DNA of 63,869 bases, counting the filler, from Octopus bimaculoides (taxonomy: Eukaryota), in assembly GCF_001194135.2 (NCBI RefSeq). It is 9 parts of 9 records of this genome, joined end to end, with 100 filler letters (N's around TTAATTAATTAA, not from the genome) between each part and the next. Parts side by side here need not be neighbours in the genome. Positions count along the whole stretch, not along the records: positions 44,405 to 59,136 come from NC_068982.1; positions 59,237 to 60,963 come from NC_069007.1; positions 61,064 to 62,435 come from NC_069000.1; positions 62,536 to 63,869 come from NW_026418168.1; 5 more parts are not named here. The stretch is one strand, 5' to 3'. Shown piece after piece: positions 50,629-63,869 of the stretch. The position numbers and the translations under genes were made by a program. Under the pieces are notes generated by a model. It worked only from the letters and a program-made list of their open reading frames with translations. It was not told where the DNA came from and ran no database searches. Positions within the stretch are counted from its first letter, which is position 1. Every line of letters starts with the position of its first letter.

Positions 50629-50973
50629 TTCATTCAATGGAGAAATAGCAAAATTTGTTATTTGTATGCAGGGGTGGACTGAGAGTATTAAGAGCCCTCG
50701 GGCATAACTGTTTACTGGACCCCTTAGCATTGATTTCAGTAGAGTTAACATGTAGAATGTGGGCCCCTCAGAGCTCTGGGCCCTCAGACAGTGCCCAATT
50801 GACTGATGGCTCGGCCCATTACTGTTTGTATGTCTAATACATAAAGAATATATATCATCATTGTTTAGCATGGAAGGTGGACATTAAATGAAGATGATGA
50901 TATATATTCTCTGTGTATTAGACATACAAATGGCAAATTTCACTATTTCTCCATAGACTGAAAAAAACTGATA
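50629..50973. repeat. Fold-back element (~70-bp arms) interrupted by a nested hAT MITE
   Basis: Removing 50669-50832 makes the left arm match the reverse complement of about 50903-50973. Confidence 0.8.
50669..50824. mobile_element. hAT-type MITE, 156 bp
   Basis: CAG...CTG termini and a perfect 8-bp TSD TTTGTATG (50661-68 / 50825-32). Confidence 0.8.
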
Positions 50974-51391
50974 AACAGCCTTAATTGATTTCCAAGCCTT
51001 ATTGGATTCTCATCAGAAGTGTCCACATTGTTTGACCAATCCCATAGAAACAACTAACCAATCAGTTTATACACACAACAGATCCACTGGCTCTAGAGAA
51101 CTGGGCTTACTAATTTGCATGCTTTAAGTATTTAACTCTGTATTGACTGACCTGTCAATCTATGTGGTAGATTCATATACAGGGCAAATTTATCTATTCT
51201 GCTGTAGTTTTTTTTTTTACAAGATTCCACTTACAGAGTATTAATGTTTAACTGTTGCCTTAGACACAGTAAGACCTTGTGAGAAATGTACAATGAATAG
51301 ATTGAATCTGGAGCCCTCTGGTTGCAAGGTATACCACTTAACAAAACATAATACATAATTTGAAATAAATTACACATGCACACACACTATG

Positions 51392-51427
<36 letters not shown>

Positions 51428-51512
51428 NNNNNNNNNNNNNNNNNNNNNNNNNNNNNNNNNNNNNNNNNNNNNNNNNNNNNNNNNNNNNNNNNNNNNNNNN
51501 NNNNNNNNNNNN

Positions 51513-51543
<31 letters not shown>

Positions 51544-54500
51544 TGTGTATGTGTGTGTGTGTGTGTGTGCACATGTGTATAATACACACTCACACAACAC
51601 AAAAACATATATTTGTATCCATTGTAACCTGAGAAAACAGATGTCAAATAATGATGATGATGATGATGATGATGTAAGGAAATGAAAACTTATAAAATTA
51701 CTTGTTATTGCCGATTTTAATTACCCCAAATTAGCCCTCGTCACGTTCAACTATAACGTTCCAACCATAACCACCTTACATTTTTCAGGGGTAGTGTACT
51801 CCAGGCTCTACCATGTAGTTTTTTTCTTTAAAGGTATCAGGATGTAATTTAAGGAATATTTGGTTACTACATCTAGCAGGTTGAATGACCAGGAAGAGCC
51901 ACTGTCATTAGCTCATGCAATTACTGGTAAATATGTCAATGTACTTACCAGAAAATTATGACCCTTTTTCACTCTTTGTGCTTGAGAAGACTCCTCAAAC
52001 CAAGTAAAATCATAGTTGTGGCTGCTGCCGGTGTCACAAACTGGCACCTGTGCCACTGATATGTAGAAAGCACCTATTACACGCTTGGAGTGATTGGTGT
52101 TAGGAAGGGTATAGGGTGTCCAGCCATAGAAACCATGCCAAACCAGACTGGAACATGGTGTAGCTCTCCAGCTTACCAGTTTCAGTCAAACTGTCTAACC
52201 CATGCTGGCATGGAAAGCAGACGCTAAAATGATGATGATGTTTATTTCATCTGTTCAATACTTCCCTCTATATTAACGAATCACTACTCTGGCAAAAAAA
52301 AACAAAAAAAAAAAAACACAAAAGCAAAAAACCTCAACATATCCCAAGAAGGATTACATCCCCTATATAAATAGTTTATTCTAAGATTATACAGATGTCT
52401 ATATGTGTGTTTCATTTAGACAAATGATTGTTAGCAGATGAAACAGATGTTCTGCTCCCCATGGTGAAAAGATTAATTGGTGATTTGTCTTTATTAATAA
52501 ACTTGTTTTATATTTTCTTTTTCTTTTTGTAGCTTGTTTTCATGGCAGGATTAATTTTCATTCATTTTGTGAAATGACAATAAAGTAAAAATTAATTTTC
52601 TGTCCATTTTCAGTGAATATAATGATCTATTTCTATTTTAATCTCATAAAAGACACTGGACAGTTGCCAAGGGGAAGAACGTTGGCTTCAGTTTACATTT
52701 CCTGGGATAGAATGCTTTTCAGAAGGAGGTAGTGGTGTTGGGTAGGTAGGAGACATTAACCAATCAATAAAATAAAATATGTATCTGTGATAGATTGGGA
52801 TAAATTGCTGAGGTCTATAATGGATTTAACTGATTCCTAGTTGAAAGTCAAAGTAAATATTGACCACATAAGTTACATGTAGAAAATTCAACATAAGTGG
52901 TCACATTTTCAAACAATAGTCTGAAGGTGAAGAATATATATGTTTGCTTCTGTATCATTGTATGACACTGACCGAAGGATCCATCACTAAATTTTATAGA
53001 CGAAACATTTAAATTGTTTATTCTAAACTAAATTTTTCTGACATGAACAATTTCTCCTTGAGGTATTTAAGTAATCTACAAAGTTATAATTTCCTTCCAT
53101 TCAATCTAAATTCTAAAAACAAGTATTTAGCTTTCCTTTTGTGACAAATAGTTTGTATTTATTATCTGAATTAAGCTACTAGCATAAGAATATGAGATTG
53201 TTATTTAAACTCAGAGCTAATTTAAAATGTTCACCAGATTAACAAAAACAAAAAAAAAACAGAAAAAGAAAAAAAAAAAGTAGACTGGAGCCATTTTTGA
53301 AAGTTGGTCTTAGAAATATTTAAGCTTTTTGACATAAATCACCTAAGGCCAACTCTGGTTCTGCAAAACAAAATAATTAGTTTTAAACTTTTAGACTGAA
53401 ATTAGAAGCTTCTCTCTCCTGAATTTAGGTACAATATGTTTGAAACAAGTTTAATACTAAAAAAAGTTAATTAATGTATTAAATCTTTCCAGATATTTCA
53501 TTATTTAGTGAAATTTTAATAGAAATATAAAAGCAATGCATTTCATTAGAAATAAGGTCATGAGAAGGTTAGCATGTATTTTTCTTATTATCAAAATACA
53601 AAATAAGGCAACAAGCTGATAGAATCTTCGAGATATCAAACCAAATGCTTAATGGCATTTCTTCTGACTCATTATATTCTACGTTCCAATTTCACCAAGG
53701 TTGACTTTGCCTCTCAGCCTTTCATTGTTGAGGTAAATGCTTTGGTCTCTGCCTTAAAAATTGCTGGCCATGTGCCAAAATTAGAAAAAAGAATTATTAT
53801 GATATAAAGGGGACAGTGGAATGATAGACAAGTTGTTTGTGGTATTTTGTTGTTTGCTTGCCTTTCATCAATCTGTAGTTGATATAATAGGATATTTTCC
53901 ACCACTTGAAGTTTGTAGGTTTGTGCATATGTCAGAAATCCTCAACAGAAACACAGTGAAACAATAATTATGTGAAGAGGGAGGAAATATTATGGAGTAA
54001 GTAGTTAAGAAAGATACGAATGTCACACAATCTCATTTCTTGTCAGCCTTAAATCTAACATAATGACATCTATTTCTTCAATCACCATTACTAGAGCTAG
54101 GAACAGGTAAGATGTTATAAGAGTTAGAAATCTGGATTAGAAATCACACAAAAAACGTGGCTTTAATTATTTCTGATGTTTCCAACACTTGAAATAATTG
54201 TAGTAGTGTTAAAGTAATTTAGAAAGTGATGAAGGAGGAGGAGGAGGAGGAGGAGAGTTAACTTTATTAGATTATTCTCAGGCCAGCCTGCAAGGGAGAC
54301 AACACAGAACGTTTCTTAATGCTTACCTGTCGTCAGTGAAAAAATAGTCTTTGGACTAGCTTGTTGACCCTGTAGCTGAGTCAAGAAACGAGATTAATTA
54401 ATAACTCACTCAGAAGACGTATTAAAATGTTTTCAATATTACTAATGACCACAAGGCAGTGAGTTGGCAGATTCGTTAGCATGCTGGGAAAAATGTTTTA

Positions 54501-54747
54501 TGGCATTTCATCCATCTGAATGTTTTGGTTTCAAATACTGCCGAGGTTGATTTCACCTTTCATCCTTTTGGGTCGATAAAATAAGAACCAGTTGAACACT
54601 GGGGATGATGTAATCAACTTACCTGACTCCCCTGAAATTGCTGGCTTTGTGCCAAAATTTGAAACTGATATTACCAATGACCATAGCAGAGTTAAGTACA
54701 GTTATTAGGAAAATATATTAAAGATCAGCTACCCTTATTCTCTAGCT

Positions 54748-55045
54748 CAGAGGTTTTCAAACTTTTTGACTTGCGGACCCCTTTATATTTCAGGTTTTAC
54801 CTTAGGGACCCCCTTATGGACGCTTATGAAATTTATACATAAATATTTGCTTAAAATAACATATATTTTTACATTTATTTATTTAACAGTATTTACCAAA
54901 TAGGTTTATTGTCAATTAAAAGATTACGATTAAAAAACATATATAAAATCAAATTGCCCATAAAAAGTATTTGCTGTCCACAGACCCCCCTGTCTTGTCC
55001 TTGCGGACCCCCTGTGGTCCGCGGACCACAGTTTGAAAACCCCTG
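54748..55045. mobile_element. hAT (Charlie/Buster-like) MITE, 298 bp
   Basis: TIR CAGAGGTTTTCAAACT / AGTTTGAAAACCCCTG, perfect 8-bp TSD CTCTAGCT (54740-47 / 55046-53), and subterminal GCGGACCCC motifs. Confidence 0.92.
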
Positions 55046-56578
55046 CTCTAGCTGAGCAAGTAAGGGAGACAACTCTAAACACTTCTAGTTCATAACTGTC
55101 ATCAGCAGAAGTAAGCTTTTTACTGTTGACTGCTTGTCCTGTAGTAACTAGCTTGCTATAAGTCCAACATTTTCATGTTCAAATCAAACCAGGATAAAAA
55201 ATAATTCTAATATCCACCATTTTTCATTTGTTAAAAAACAAAAAAGAAAAAAATCCAAACTATTCCCAAAAAATAATAAACCAGCCACATCTGCCCTCTT
55301 TTAAATAAGCAAAGAAATGTTTATGGACTTACTTTTAATTTTATGAGGATAAATCTGTATTGCTGTTTAAACTTGCTGTCTTCACTATTACTGAAATAGT
55401 CTTGCATCTTTACCTGAACATTAATCTTCTTCAAGTTGGGACAGTTCTCTGTAAAAATGGGAGAATTTCAGAATTGATTTCATCTTGTACTTGATGATGA
55501 TGGTTGTAGTGGTGGCGATGATGACTGTTATGATGATGATGATGATGATGAGACTGGCATTCATGATGTCAATAATAATAATGATGAAGTTGATAATGAC
55601 AATAAATGTAATCATGGTGGTGGTGGTAATGATGATGATGATGTGAACATTGTGATACCAATGTTGATGGCAATGAGGATGATAATGGTGATGATGATAA
55701 TGGTGATCATTAATAAGGCCATTACTGAAAGTGACATACCTGACCTTGTCATTCAGCTACCTTTCACAGACTTAACCTTCATCATTCAATTTTCTGAGAT
55801 TCCTGCAGCTGTGATTAAATGGTCAGTTAAACCTTACCCTCTCCCCACCTTACCATCAACTTATATCTACCAACTTATGAGAGTCCTGTTACTATGATCA
55901 GATATTAAGTTAAACCCTGGACCCACTCAAATGTATATCGTTACAGGCACTACATAAATGCTTTCCAAAATTTGCACACAAATTTAGAACCATTCTGGAA
56001 TATATGAAGAAAAAAGAAGAAAAAAAAACTAGATTCAAGGGGAAAAATAGGGAGGATTTAAGAAAAGAGGTGATCTGAAGATTGATAGTTATATCAGATT
56101 GGTAAGCCTCCTCCTTTGTTCTCTATCACACTAATTCTCTTTCTAGCTCACACACACAGTACTTGGTGCCTCTTATCTCTCTAAGACACTCTATAGACAG
56201 TATATAGAGTAAAATACAGTCTTCATCATCATCATCATCATCATTTGATGTCTGTTTTCCATATTGGTTCGGTGTGAGGATTTGACAGCAGTTGGCAAGT
56301 CAGAAGACTACACCAAGCTCTACAGTCATCTTTGGTATGGTTTCTACAGCTGGGTGCCCCTTCCTAATGCCAACCACTTTATAGAGTTTACTGGGTGCCT
56401 TTTACATGGCATTAGTACTGGTGAGACCACCCAATAATTTGCAAGACAATGATGACTCAACTGAGAGGGGAATTAGTATCAAGGCAGGTGGCTTTGTGTC
56501 AGGTATTAAGAAATGAAACTATGACTGAAAGACAGAAACAGGTGTCTTACTGTAGAGAAAATACATGGCTATCCTACT

Positions 56579-56688
<110 letters not shown>

Positions 56689-57067
56689 AAGAGATAAGAT
56701 GGTGGCAATATGTCAGGGCATACTCTCAAGGTTATTAAAATTCCTTATTTAAAAATCATTAATTCAAAAAGTTAGGATGCAGTTTCAAATACCATGGTAG
56801 GTAGAACATAATTTATTCTTTAACTGTTTGACATTTAAATTTGCTTCATTTAATAAAATATTCAATTATGGCTGTATGAACCAGACTGTTAATTTTTATA
56901 ATAGTTGAGATGTGGCTGTACAATAAGAAGTTTGCTTCCCAACCACATGGTTCCAGGTTCAGTCCCACTGCATGACACATTTGGCAAGTGTCTTCTACAA
57001 AAGCCCTGGGTTGACCAAATTCTTGTGAGATTTAGGAGGTGGAAACTGAAAGAAGCCTATTGTATGT

Positions 57068-57110
<43 letters not shown>

Positions 57111-57501
57111 TTTGTCTTTACATAGCATGATAGTGGTAAATGATTGTCTCTGTCACACAAGTTGAATCATTCATTTCCAATATTCTACAAGAACATGTCT
57201 TGCGATCTGGAAATATTACATGGCTTGGAAACAGATGAGGGCTGGCAACAGGAAGTATATCTAGCCATTGAAAATTTGCCTCAATAAGTAAACTCTATTT
57301 GGTCCATGCGATCATGGAAAAGTGGACATTAAGATGGTGGTGATGATGATGNNNNNNNNNNNNNNNNNNNNNNNNNNNNNNNNNNNNNNNNNNNNNNNNN
57401 NNNNNNNNNNNNNNNNNNNNNNNNNNNNNNNNNNNNNNNNNNNNNNNNNNNNNNNNNCACACACACACATGTACACACACACACACACACGCGCGCGCAT
57501 G

Positions 57502-57547
<46 letters not shown>

Positions 57548-58319
57548 GTATAATTCCTATGATTCTTTACGCAAGCAGGATGGATGATAACTTTTAAGAT
57601 TTAGGGGGAGGTTAAATATTCGATTGGTTCTGTTCTGACCCTTCTAAATGAAAAGTCCAAATTTCAGCATCTCAGTTTGTTGTTTAAGAATGAAATTAGT
57701 CAATTTGACCCTCATCTGAATTTGTTAAGAAAAAAGACCTGCATAAGTTTTAATTTTACAGAAAGACCAAATACATATGGATATTTATTTCTTCTTAATC
57801 CATGTTCTCTTTCTGTGAGACTACAATATAAAACAACAGCTTATATATAGTTTATTAAGAGAAAAGAAGAAATACTTAAAAACATACTCATAAAAACTTG
57901 AATGGTTTCACTTTGAACTGGGGTATGTGTGAATTTTAAGCATTCTAAGTTATGCAATCCACGTTTGCATAATTTTTTAGCAGAACTTTCATTAAAGTCT
58001 GCCATGAACTGATTAAGCTCCAACTCTTCCAAAGCTTGACATTGTTGAGCTGAAAAAAAGAAAAGAGAAAAACTATAATTTAATGACAAGAACAATAACA
58101 ATTTCTTTTCACAAAGCACAGGGGCTAATTTTGTATGAGAAGGTGATATAAGGGTTATGGAATATCTAAAGGCTCTCTTCAAGGATTGATTCAAAGAAAA
58201 ATACACAGGAGTGGTTCTTAAATATATTCTCTTGTAAGATCTGAGTCTATCACCCTAGGCTTACAGAAAACAATTATGCAAAGTCCTTGCTGCTCACAGT
58301 GGAGAGTTGAATCTCAGCT

Positions 58320-58354
<35 letters not shown>

Positions 58355-58639
58355 TCATCATCATTTAACATAGATTGTCCATGGGTTGGACAGTTTGACC
58401 AGAGTTGGTAAGCTGGAAAGCTGTACAAGACTCCAGTCTGATTTGGCATGGTTTTCTATGGCTGGATGCCCTTCCTAACACCAACCACTTTGAGAGTGTA
58501 ATGGGTGCTTTTACATGCCACTGACACAGGTGCCATTTGTGTGACACCAGTATCTGCCATGACTGCGATTTTGCATGGCTTGATAGGTCTTCTTCTCAAG
58601 TGCAGCATAATGTCGAAGGTCTTGGTCATTGCATCTGTG

Positions 58640-58742
58640 AGGCCCAATACTCAAAAGGAACTCAGCCACTTTGCCTCCATGAGGCACAATGCTCAAAAGG
58701 AATGCAGCCACTTTGCCTCCGTGAGGCTCAACACTCAAAAGG
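58640..58742. repeat. About 42-bp tandem repeat (2-3 units) inside a retroposon remnant
   Basis: CTCAAAAGGAAxxCAGCCACTTTGCCTCCxTGAGGCxCAA repeated. Confidence 0.7.
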
Positions 58743-59416
58743 CACCCTTTACATACTGGTGGCATGGGTGCCACTTATGTGACACCAGCATTAGCCATGA
58801 CTATGATTTCACTTGGCTTGATGGGTCTTCTTAAGCACAGCACATCGCCAAAGGTCTTGGTCACTAGTCATTGCCTCTGTTAGGCTCAAAATTTGAAGAT
58901 CATGCTTCACCACTTCATCCCATGTCTTCCGGGGTCTACCTATACCACAGGTTACCTCCACAGTTAGAGATTGGTACTTCTATACACAGCTGTCCTCATC
59001 CACATGCATCACATATATATATTTTTATAAATATGCCTGATCAAGTATCATAATAGCATGAAACTAATTAGTAGCTCTTTTGGTTCTGTATTTAATTTGA
59101 TACATACATACATACAAATATATATATATATATATANNNNNNNNNNNNNNNNNNNNNNNNNNNNNNNNNNNNNNNNNNNNTTAATTAATTAANNNNNNNN
59201 NNNNNNNNNNNNNNNNNNNNNNNNNNNNNNNNNNNNATATATGTATATATATATATATGTATATATATATGTGTATATATATTTATATATATATATATAT
59301 ATATATACACACGTGTGTGTGTGTAGCTACCATGTTGAATAAATAATAGCGTATATGTTTGATTATAAGGGTACGAATTCAAAACATATCGCACAGCTAT
59401 TTCTTAATGCAAATTG

Positions 59417-59458
<42 letters not shown>

Positions 59459-59828
59459 ACGTGTGTATGTGTGTGCTAGTATATATCTGTGTGTGTGCGT
59501 GAGTATGTGTGTGTATGTATGTGCTAGTGTGCATGTGTGTTTGTGTGTGTGCGTGTGCAAGTAAATATTTTTGTTGTAAAACTCATTTTTTCATATTGTG
59601 TCATAGTAATAAGTCCTTTTGGAAAAGTTATGGTTTATTAATGGCTTTGAATGATTACTACACACACACACATACACACACATAGACACACACACATATA
59701 CAGACACACAAACACCATCACACACATATACAAACACAAGCACATACATACACACTCACACACACACATACACGCACGTATATTACACGTAAAAGGGTGT
59801 TTACATGAAATAATAGAGAACTCAGTAC

Positions 59829-60152
59829 GATAGTAGAGTGAAAGATATGTAGGGCATGATATAGTCCGTTAAATATAATACATCGCAGCTGAATTTTATA
59901 TGCTTTGGAACTTCTTAGTAAATGCTATTCATTTGTGGAGCTTTAGGTAATGTATTCTGGGTTACAAAATCAAAAAAAAGGTATAAATCAATAAACGTTT
60001 CACTCTAGTATGATAGTAGGGTGAAATATAGGAAGGACATGATATAATCCGTTAAATATAATTCATCGCAACTGAATTTTACATGGCCTGGAACTTGTTA
60101 GTAAATGTTGTTCATTTGTGGAGCTTTAAGGTAACGCAATCTGCGTTACAAA
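59829..60152. repeat. Diverged ~140-bp tandem duplication (59829-59969 / 60012-60152)
   Basis: GATAGTAGxGTGAAA...CCGTTAAATATAAT...CATTTGTGGAGCTTT...GTTACAAAA occurs twice, period 183. Confidence 0.85.
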
Positions 60153-60283
60153 AACACAAAGGGAAATACATTAAAATGACCGTGGAAGGGGCGAACAGAG
60201 AATGGAGGAAGGGAATGGAGGAGGAGGAGGAGGAAGAAGAAGAAGAAGAAGAAGAAGAAGAAGAAGAAGAAGAAGAAGAAGAA

Positions 60284-60315
<32 letters not shown>

Positions 60316-60494
60316 AGAAGAAAAAGAAGAACATGAATATACATATACGTGTGTGTGTATGTATTCGTGTGTTCGTGTGTGAATCTATCAATCTACAAAT
60401 GTATATTGTCGGACGATTGTTTACCATTCTAGCGGCATGACACTTACGAGCATATGATATAATACGATATATTATAAATAACGAACTATATTAT

Positions 60495-60527
<33 letters not shown>

Positions 60528-60633
60528 ATATATATGGATATATATAAGTATGTGTATATGTAGATGAATATACACACATATATATTTCTTTTATATGTAT
60601 ATGATTCAGTATGTATATACTCTCACACACAAA

Positions 60634-60671
<38 letters not shown>

Positions 60672-60924
60672 CCGTATATAAGTATAAATGCACGTTTATA
60701 TACACATGTTTATATATACATGCAAATAACACACACAGACAAACACACAGTCACACACAGTTTATATATACTGAGAGCGTGATCAAATATGGCGCTTAGG
60801 GGTTCTTAAATATGTATGACTCTCTGTACGTGAATACACAACAGTGTCTATGTCTATATATGGCCATGTGTACATTAGTATACGCATGATCATGTATTTC
60901 ATATATAGTGATTTCTACACACGA

Positions 60925-60963
<39 letters not shown>

Positions 60964-61063
60964 NNNNNNNNNNNNNNNNNNNNNNNNNNNNNNNNNNNNN
61001 NNNNNNNTTAATTAATTAANNNNNNNNNNNNNNNNNNNNNNNNNNNNNNNNNNNNNNNNNNNN

Positions 61064-61126
<63 letters not shown>

Positions 61127-62696
61127 CGAAGGAGCGAGAGAGAGAAAGAGAGAGAGAGAGGGAGAGAGAGAGAGAAGAGGGAGAGAGAGAGAGAAAGAGA
61201 GAGAGAGGGAGAGAGAGAGAGAGAGAGCGAGAGAAAGAGAGACAAAGACAGATAAAGACAGACAGAGACAGGCAGATAGACTGACAGATAGATAGATAGA
61301 CAGAGAGAGAAAAACAAGCAGTATAAAGTGACAGAAACTGAAAAGGGTGGAGGAAAGAAGCGTGAAATATGCAATTTGCCTCAAGTGACTGGCGACAAAA
61401 CAGAGCTGAGTGCTATTGTAAAATATTCATGGAGTACTTAAATGGTTGATCAACGAAGTCGAAAAATGAACACTTGAGAAAGCTACTTGACGGACGAGGG
61501 TCAAACCACGACGTGGACGACAGAGAAAGATTTGTGGTCGAATGTAACAGACCTCTGCAAACCACACACACACACACAAAAACCACATTCATACGCACGC
61601 ATATATACACACTGTTTCACACAGACACGGATACATTCATGTATGATGTTAAGGCTCAAATTTCTTTTCTATCTTCTTTCAAACCACGTATGTTTTCGCT
61701 CTCATCGTCTCCTTTTAATGTCCCCCCAAGATATGCTCCTTATATAGTTACCATTCAATATTCCCCTCCTTAAGTAAATCACCTCTAAATTCTATCATCT
61801 TAGCTTCAGGCTTCGTTTAACTTTCGCATTTTCTCGTCTCCCATTTTCTTCTTTTCGTTTTTACTCTACCTCCCCATCTTTTCTCCCACCAACTTCACAT
61901 CTCTGCCCAATCTTCTGTAATTTCTATGTCTCTCTCTCTCACCTCCATTTATATATATTCATTACTATATTGTTCCCATTTTTATTGCACCACGGGAGGA
62001 TCATCTTGCCAATAAGGAACACACACACTGGTTCTATTTCACTTCTTTTATTTTTATTATTACTGAACTGTCTAACTATTTAACCAGTTAAGAAATCGAT
62101 TGTTTGCTTGGTCATTCTGTGAATCGATGTAGCAGCTCGGTTTGTCTAAGTCGCCGTTCACGACCTCGGCAAAGATATCAGTGTGTAAGTATAAGTCATT
62201 TGAGCGCTACAAAGGGTTTTCTATATTGAGATTCTCTACGCAATTGCCTTTCATCCTTTCGGGGTCGATAAATTAAGTACCAGTTGCGTACTGGGGTGGA
62301 TCTAATCGACTGGCCTTGTCCCCCAAAAATTCGGGCCTTGTGCCTAGAGTAGAAAAGTATATTGAGATTCTCTCGATCACGTCATTTGATTCTATATTTA
62401 TGTCCAGCTGTTTAAGCACACACACACACACACACNNNNNNNNNNNNNNNNNNNNNNNNNNNNNNNNNNNNNNNNNNNNTTAATTAATTAANNNNNNNNN
62501 NNNNNNNNNNNNNNNNNNNNNNNNNNNNNNNNNNNGCTGGTTTGTTGATCAGGAAACTGAAATGACTGGATGACTGGCGTAAGAATGTTTACTGAAAGTG
62601 AACTAATCCTGTATTTGTCTACTTTAAGTTGCTTAACTTTTCATCAAATCATAACTGTGCTCTTCGTTATGATATAACTGCACCAGGAGAGTTAGA

Positions 62697-63851
62697 TCAT
62701 ACTTCCGAGTACCTAGTAGCCTGGGTTGACACCAGCTGCAATTGGCCGACATCTGTAGCAATGAAAGATTTGAAAAATATTCTGATGAATGTCTCTCTAA
62801 ACTGTTTACTCATTGTGCAATACAATACGAAGTTGATGCCGTTGTTAATGAGTGTGAGAATATCAAGGGTATCTCCCAAATACACGTAGTAATTCTGGAA
62901 GAAAGAGTTAAAAGTTCCAATCAGTATAAATATACCATGGGGGGTTTCTGTTATGAGGAACAGCACTACAACTGTCAGTAACATCTTCGTAGTTCGATTA
63001 GTTTTCCTTTCTCGACCGCTGTCGTCATCTGTTCTGCCACTTCGACTTAACAGCCTCTTCCGTCTTACCTCAACATCTTGCATGGTTTTCACGAGTAATA
63101 TACTCAAAACTGTCAAGAGTAAGCTGGGTAACAGCTTAAGGATAAATGCTTGCACCCAAAAGTTCATCTTCTTGAGAATTCTCTCAGCTTCATTATTCTC
63201 CCTAAAATCAACATACCACATTGTTGAATTTTGTCCGGCATCGCACTTGATTTCTAACGTTGCACTATTAGGAACACATACTATAGTGGTAACTATGGTC
63301 ACTAGAATTACAGCCAATTTAGCCCTTGGTATACTGCACAAATAGGTGCCTTTGCGTGGATACCTAATGAAAATGTACCGGAACAGAGCCAACGTAACTG
63401 TCAACCAAATTGAAATGGAATGTACAACAACGCTACATACGGCGTAGGCAAATAAAAAGCGGGCATCACCAATACTGTCACGACTTTCTGGAGAATCTGG
63501 TCCATAGATGACATAATTGTTTAAAGCAAATGGGAAGTAGAGAGCCATTGTAAGCCCATCGCTAATGGCCAGTCCAGTCAGGATTATATTTGACGGAGAA
63601 ATCATATTTTTTCTTGTCAGTACAATAATGTTGAGAATATTCGTGATGACTCCAAATATGCAGACGATGGAAGCTACATAACCATGAATGCCTGCGTACC
63701 AGTAGTGATAAGCCACTAATAAATTATTTGTATCAAGAGGTAATTCGTCTTCTGTTATGTTGGTGGCATTATCATAGAAAAGGATCTGTGTTGAATTATC
63801 TTCACTAAACATGTCTGAAGGATACATCGGAGAATGTGTTATGGCCGACAT
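62697..63851 (-). CDS. Rhodopsin-class peptide GPCR, myosuppressin/FMRFamide/sex-peptide receptor (DmsR/dmsr-1-like) group, 384 aa, uninterrupted ORF
   Basis: Seven hydrophobic helices. TM1 GVITNILNIIVL; TM2 LTGLAISD; TM3 HSISIWLTVTLALFRY; TM5 LKLLPSLLL; TM6 RTTKMLLTVVVLFLITETPHG; TM7 DILTLINNGINFVLYCTMSKQFRETF. N-terminal N-glycosylation sequons (NST, NAT, NIT). ATG to TGA. Confidence 0.95.
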   Translation of the reverse strand: MSAITHSPMYPSDMFSEDNSTQILFYDNATNITEDELPLDTNNLLVAYHYWYAGIHGYVASIVCIFGVITNILNIIVLTRKNMISPSNIILTGLAISDGLTMALYFPFALNNYVIYGPDSPESRDSIGDARFLFAYAVCSVVVHSISIWLTVTLALFRYIFIRYPRKGTYLCSIPRAKLAVILVTIVTTIVCVPNSATLEIKCDAGQNSTMWYVDFRENNEAERILKKMNFWVQAFILKLLPSLLLTVLSILLVKTMQDVEVRRKRLLSRSGRTDDDSGRERKTNRTTKMLLTVVVLFLITETPHGIFILIGTFNSFFQNYYVYLGDTLDILTLINNGINFVLYCTMSKQFRETFIRIFFKSFIATDVGQLQLVSTQATRYSEV

Positions 63852-63869
63852 AATTTCTTGATGGATGTT

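Noticed and set aside
52480-52760. Polypyrimidine-AG acceptor-like sites on the plus strand
   Set aside because: No open exon frame or paired donor supports them, and such sites are common in AT-rich DNA.
62953-63345. 130-aa plus-strand ORF (and 62629-62889, 62742-62981)
   Set aside because: These are antisense shadows of the GPCR coding sequence.

Overview
Eukaryotic, AT-rich, repeat-dominated genomic DNA from a draft assembly with many N gaps. The SINE, LINE and microsatellite landscape suggests a coleoid cephalopod, most likely octopus; this is inferred, not database-checked. There is one convincing intact gene: a 384-aa single-ORF rhodopsin-class peptide GPCR of the myosuppressin/FMRFamide/sex-peptide-receptor group on the minus strand at the right end (62697-63851). 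The remaining ~62 kb lies downstream of it and is a layered transposon graveyard. It contains R4/Dong-type, L1/Tx1-type and RTE LINE remnants, two kinds of Penelope-like elements, a deleted Gypsy element, mariner and Tc1 remnants, hAT- and Merlin-type MITEs with clean target-site duplications (TSDs), fold-back elements and several SINE families. Most ORFs in the supplied track are microsatellite or N-gap artefacts. I found no clear evidence of a new multi-gene system. The best leads are element-level: an RTE LINE ending in three C2H2 fingers; a mariner whose catalytic DNARPH motif is tandemly repeated five times and whose excision restores a Penelope RT frame; hammerhead-ribozyme cores in Penelope-type repeats; a stop-poor unidentified decayed reading frame; a Merlin-like MITE carrying TTAGGG repeats; and several long near-perfect hairpins.
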